A DNA stretch of 64,000 nucleotides from Synechococcus sp. (GTDB lineage: Bacteria > Cyanobacteriota > Cyanobacteriia > PCC-6307 > Cyanobiaceae): contig JBJBEO010000001.1 of assembly GCA_047284725.1 (NCBI GenBank), positions 544,001 through 608,000 on the forward strand, in the 5' to 3' direction. Below, piece after piece: positions 60,663 through 64,000 of the stretch (its first letter is position 1; every line of letters begins with the position of its first letter). The notes under the pieces were generated by a model, which had not been told where the DNA came from, did not search any database, and was given only the letters and a program-made list of their open reading frames with translations. The translations under genes were made by a program, and so were the position numbers.

Positions 60663-61577
60663 ATGGATTGGTTGCGCCAGATCCCCATCGGTCAGTACGT
60701 CGATGCCAAAGCGGGCTGGCTTCGCTGGATGGACCCCCGCCTCAAGCTTGGCTGGGTGCTGATGTTCCTGCTCACGCCCGTGTTGGCCGGACCGATCTGG
60801 CGTGTGTCTCTGTTGCTGCTGTTGCTCCTGTTCACGTTCTGCAGTGGGGTGCCCTTCCGAGTGTGGTGGCGTTCGCTTGGGGTGCTGGTGCTGCTGGCGG
60901 GTGTCGCTGGCCTTCTTGCGACGTTGCTGCCCACTGGTGATGCACCGGCTTTGCTGTCCGTGCGTCCTTCGCAGGAGTTGACTGCCACCGTGCCAGATGC
61001 TCCGGCCTGGGAGGTGCTGCGTCTGGGCCCGCTGCACGTGGGGAGTTTCCGTCTGGGCCCCCTGGTGGTGAATCGTCGTTCCGCCGCACTGGGTCTTAAC
61101 AGCGCCACCTTGATTCTCACGGTGGTGCACAGCGTCAACCTGATGCTGCTAACAACCCCAAGTGAAGATCTGGTCTGGGCGCTCAGTTGGTTCCTTGCAC
61201 CTCTGGCGGCCCTCGGACTTCCCGTGGATCGGCTCAGCTTTCAGTTGCTGTTGGCCCTGCGCTTTTTGCCTCTGGTGCAGGAAGAGCTGCAAAACCTATT
61301 GCGGTCGTTGGCAAGCCGAGCAGTGAATCTCAAGCGCCTCGGCTTCAAGGCTTCCTTTGGCTTGGTGCTGGCGGTTGGTGAGCGTCTTCTGGCCAACATT
61401 CTGCTGCGAGCCGAGCAGGGGGCGGAAGCGCTGATGGCGCGAGGAGGGCAATGGTTGCCATCCGAACATTTTCGGCCGAGTCATGTTGCTGCAACTGGTT
61501 TTAAGCCTCAGAACTGGCTTGGGGGGTTGCTGTTGCTGGGGATGGTTGTGATGCGCGGGAAGTACGGTTCTCTTTAA
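60663..61577 (+). CDS. ECF transporter T component (CbiQ/EcfT)
   Basis: DPRLKL, LALRFLPLVQEE and AEALMARG motifs. Confidence 0.9.
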   Translation: MDWLRQIPIGQYVDAKAGWLRWMDPRLKLGWVLMFLLTPVLAGPIWRVSLLLLLLLFTFCSGVPFRVWWRSLGVLVLLAGVAGLLATLLPTGDAPALLSVRPSQELTATVPDAPAWEVLRLGPLHVGSFRLGPLVVNRRSAALGLNSATLILTVVHSVNLMLLTTPSEDLVWALSWFLAPLAALGLPVDRLSFQLLLALRFLPLVQEELQNLLRSLASRAVNLKRLGFKASFGLVLAVGERLLANILLRAEQGAEALMARGGQWLPSEHFRPSHVAATGFKPQNWLGGLLLLGMVVMRGKYGSL

Positions 61578-61589
61578 TTCACTGCGATT

Positions 61590-61865
61590 TTGGGATCTGT
61601 GGGAGCCGAGCGTTATCTCAATCACCCCACCTTCGGCATGCTTTACCGCGTTGCACCCGCTGGTGAAGGACGAGATGTGTACGCCACGCTCTATGCCCAG
61701 CGCATGTTTTTCCTGGTCACTTTGCAGCCCCGAGGGGCTCAGTTCGAGGTGATTCCGTTTCAGGATGCTCGCCATCACGCTGAAATCAATCTGGCCCGCA
61801 GTCGCCGTGATGGTCAGGAGGAATATGAGCGTTGGAAAGGGTTGTTTGACCAGACCTTCATCTGA
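61590..61865 (+). CDS. pipX: PII/NtcA-interacting protein PipX
   Basis: ERYLNHPTFGMLY...ATLYAQRMFFLV; start uncertain. Confidence 0.96.
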   Translation: MGSVGAERYLNHPTFGMLYRVAPAGEGRDVYATLYAQRMFFLVTLQPRGAQFEVIPFQDARHHAEINLARSRRDGQEEYERWKGLFDQTFI

Positions 61866-61882
61866 ATCCCGGGGCTGAGGTC

Positions 61883-62563
61883 GTGAGCGAACGTGATGCA
61901 AGGGCGGAGCGATGGCGCCTGCTGCATGAGGCGATGCCGCAGGGGGTGAACCTGTTGGCCGTCAGCAAGGGGCATCCAGCGGAGCGGGTGCGTGAGTTGG
62001 CTGAGCTTGGTCAGATTGATTTCGGCGAGAGCAGGGTGCAGGAGGCATTGCCCAAGCAGGGGCAATTGGCTGATTGTCCCCAGCTGCGCTGGCACTTCAT
62101 CGGTCGCCTTCAGGCCAACAAGGTGAGGCCTGTGGTGCGTGCCTTTGCTGTGATTCATTCCGTCGATTCGCTCGCTCTTGCCCAGCGGCTGTCGCGCATT
62201 GCCACTGAAGAGGCTGTGGTGCCGTCGGTTCTGCTGCAGGTGAAGCTCCGCCCCGATCCGGCGAAGGCTGGCTGGGATCCGCAGGCGTTGCGCGATCACT
62301 GGGCTGAGCTGCAGGCGTTGCCCAGTCTTCGCCTGACCGGTCTGATGACCATGGCTCCCCTTCTCTTCCCGCTCGATCAACGCGCTGCATTGTTTGAGGA
62401 CTGCCGTGCCCTGGCGGATCACCTGGCCCTGCCCGACTGTTCGATGGGGATGAGTGGCGACTGGCGGGAGGCTGCTGCGGCCGGTGCTACCTGGGTGAGG
62501 GTCGGTTCAGCCCTCTTCGGTGCTCGCCCACGGCCGGAGGACGATCATGCTCCGCAGGATTAA
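61883..62563 (+). CDS. pipY: PLP homeostasis protein PipY/YggS
   Basis: LLAVSK, FGESRVQE, WHFIGRLQANK and SMGMSGD motifs. Confidence 0.95.
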   Translation: MSERDARAERWRLLHEAMPQGVNLLAVSKGHPAERVRELAELGQIDFGESRVQEALPKQGQLADCPQLRWHFIGRLQANKVRPVVRAFAVIHSVDSLALAQRLSRIATEEAVVPSVLLQVKLRPDPAKAGWDPQALRDHWAELQALPSLRLTGLMTMAPLLFPLDQRAALFEDCRALADHLALPDCSMGMSGDWREAAAAGATWVRVGSALFGARPRPEDDHAPQD

Positions 62564-62654
62564 GCAGGAACATTGAAACAATTGAATCATCGCTGAGCGC
62601 TTGCTCCGGTTTGCTCGGAGCGCTATTCAGGGTCAAGGTTCTTGCAGTCTCCCG

Positions 62655-63236
62655 GTGTCGTTGATTTCCCGCCTTCGTGCAGTTGTTGCTGGCGATGACT
62701 ATCTCGACGGTGACTATGACGATCTTGATTACGACACCGGCGAAGAGATTGAAGCTGACCATGGCGCGAGCCATGCGATCGGAGGTGCTCTTGCGCCGCT
62801 TGATTCGGGGAATCCCTTCGGCGATGCTGAGCCATTTGCCTCCGGGAGTTCCAATGTGATCGGCATGCCCGGCATCAGCACGAATGCGGCCGAAGTCACC
62901 TTGATGGAACCCCGCAGTTTTGATGAGATGCCGCGGGCGATTCAGGCACTGCGTGAGCGGAAGACGGTGATTCTCAACCTCACCATGATGGAGCCGGATC
63001 AGGCGCAGCGTGCCGTCGACTTTGTCGCCGGTGGCACTTTCGCCATTGATGGTCATCAGGAACGGGTGGGCGAAAGCATCTTCCTGTTTGCCCCCAGCTG
63101 TGTCACGGTGACCAATGCCAGTCAGGAGGAGGCCTCTGCCCCCACTGTGGTGACACGTGATGTGGAGCAGAGCTCTGCCGACGCCAGTGTCGCCCCCGCT
63201 CCTGCTTGGGGTGATGCCGGTGCTGCGGCACTCTGA
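62655..63236 (+). CDS. sepF: Cell division protein SepF
   Basis: EPRSFDE and [17 protein letters not shown] motifs. Confidence 0.95.
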   Translation: MSLISRLRAVVAGDDYLDGDYDDLDYDTGEEIEADHGASHAIGGALAPLDSGNPFGDAEPFASGSSNVIGMPGISTNAAEVTLMEPRSFDEMPRAIQALRERKTVILNLTMMEPDQAQRAVDFVAGGTFAIDGHQERVGESIFLFAPSCVTVTNASQEEASAPTVVTRDVEQSSADASVAPAPAWGDAGAAAL

Positions 63237-63260
63237 GAGCACTGATCTGCTGAGCTCTCT

Positions 63261-64000
63261 GTGACGCTTTCCCTTGGCGTAATCGGCCTGGGCCGCATGG
63301 CGCAGGCTTTGCTGTTGCCATTGTTGGAGCGGGGCGATCCCTCTGTTACCGATGTGATGGCTGTGGTGGGCCAGGCCAGAACGGTCGCGCGCCTGTCAGC
63401 TGATCTCCCTGCCGATCTCGCCCTGGTGGCAGCCGACGACCCACAGGCGATGGCCGCTTGGCATGCACCGGTGCAACTGCTGGCGGTTAAGCCATATCAG
63501 CTCGATGCCGTGGCTGCTGCGGCTCCTCCTGTGGCGGCGGGTGCGTCTCCCCTGCTGATCTCAGTGCTGGCGGGCATCACCCTGGAACGACTGGAGCGCA
63601 GCTTTCCTGGCCGGGTTTGTGTGCGGGCGGTGCCGAACACACCTTCCCTGGTGCGGGCAGGCCTCACAGGTTTGGCCTGGGGGAAGGGAGTGACCGCAAC
63701 CCACAAAGCATGGGTGCAGGCTTTCTTCGCCTCGGTCAGTGAGGTGCTGGAACTGCCTGAGGAGCGTCTGGATGCCTTTCTGGCCCTCACATCCTCAGGT
63801 CCAGCCTATGTGGCGATGGTCGCTGAAGCCCTGGCTGATGGGGCTGTGGCGGTGGGAATGCCCAGGGATCAGGCTCTGCACCTGGCGAATCGGACGCTGG
63901 CGGGTTCGGCGGCTCTGCTGCATGAACAGAGCTTGCATCCAGCACAGCTCAAAGACATGGTGGCCTCTCCGGGGGGCACCACCATGGCGGCGATCCGGCG
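63261..64000 (+). CDS. proC: Pyrroline-5-carboxylate reductase, 3'-partial
   Basis: GVIGLGRMA, LAVKP, RAVPNTP, SSGPAY and VASPGGTT motifs; runs off the window. Confidence 0.95.
   Translation, partial: MTLSLGVIGLGRMAQALLLPLLERGDPSVTDVMAVVGQARTVARLSADLPADLALVAADDPQAMAAWHAPVQLLAVKPYQLDAVAAAAPPVAAGASPLLISVLAGITLERLERSFPGRVCVRAVPNTPSLVRAGLTGLAWGKGVTATHKAWVQAFFASVSEVLELPEERLDAFLALTSSGPAYVAMVAEALADGAVAVGMPRDQALHLANRTLAGSAALLHEQSLHPAQLKDMVASPGGTTMAAIR

Overview
This is chromosomal DNA from a picocyanobacterium, most likely a marine-type Synechococcus (full-length kaiA-kaiB-kaiC, nblS, and the pipX-pipY-sepF-proC cluster). Positions 1 to ~9850 are the end of a mosaic genomic island that stops at the 3' end of yebC. 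The island holds a GGDEF gene, a phosphotransferase, a thermonuclease, an RTX-like gene, two DUF1651-like genes, a Doc-type toxin-antitoxin pair and a tRNA-fMet fragment. It also holds the most novel-looking signal: three diverged copies of a ~135-bp non-coding element that keep a three-stem RNA fold by compensatory and G-U substitutions. Two copies head an inverted-duplicated module that has gained or lost segments, and two segments are bounded by ~29-bp direct repeats. The rest of the window is mostly core genome: ribosomal proteins, clock, purine, BamA and lipid A genes, tyrS, pyrF, glgX, three tRNAs and der. Accessory inserts there are a phosphotransferase between tyrS and pyrF, a small-ORF region next to tRNA-Thr that includes an HLR1-preceded 39-aa ORF, a grrP-grrA-grrM cyclophane RiPP cluster, and a cellulose-synthase-like gene. 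All family assignments come from motif recognition by eye; no database search was run.
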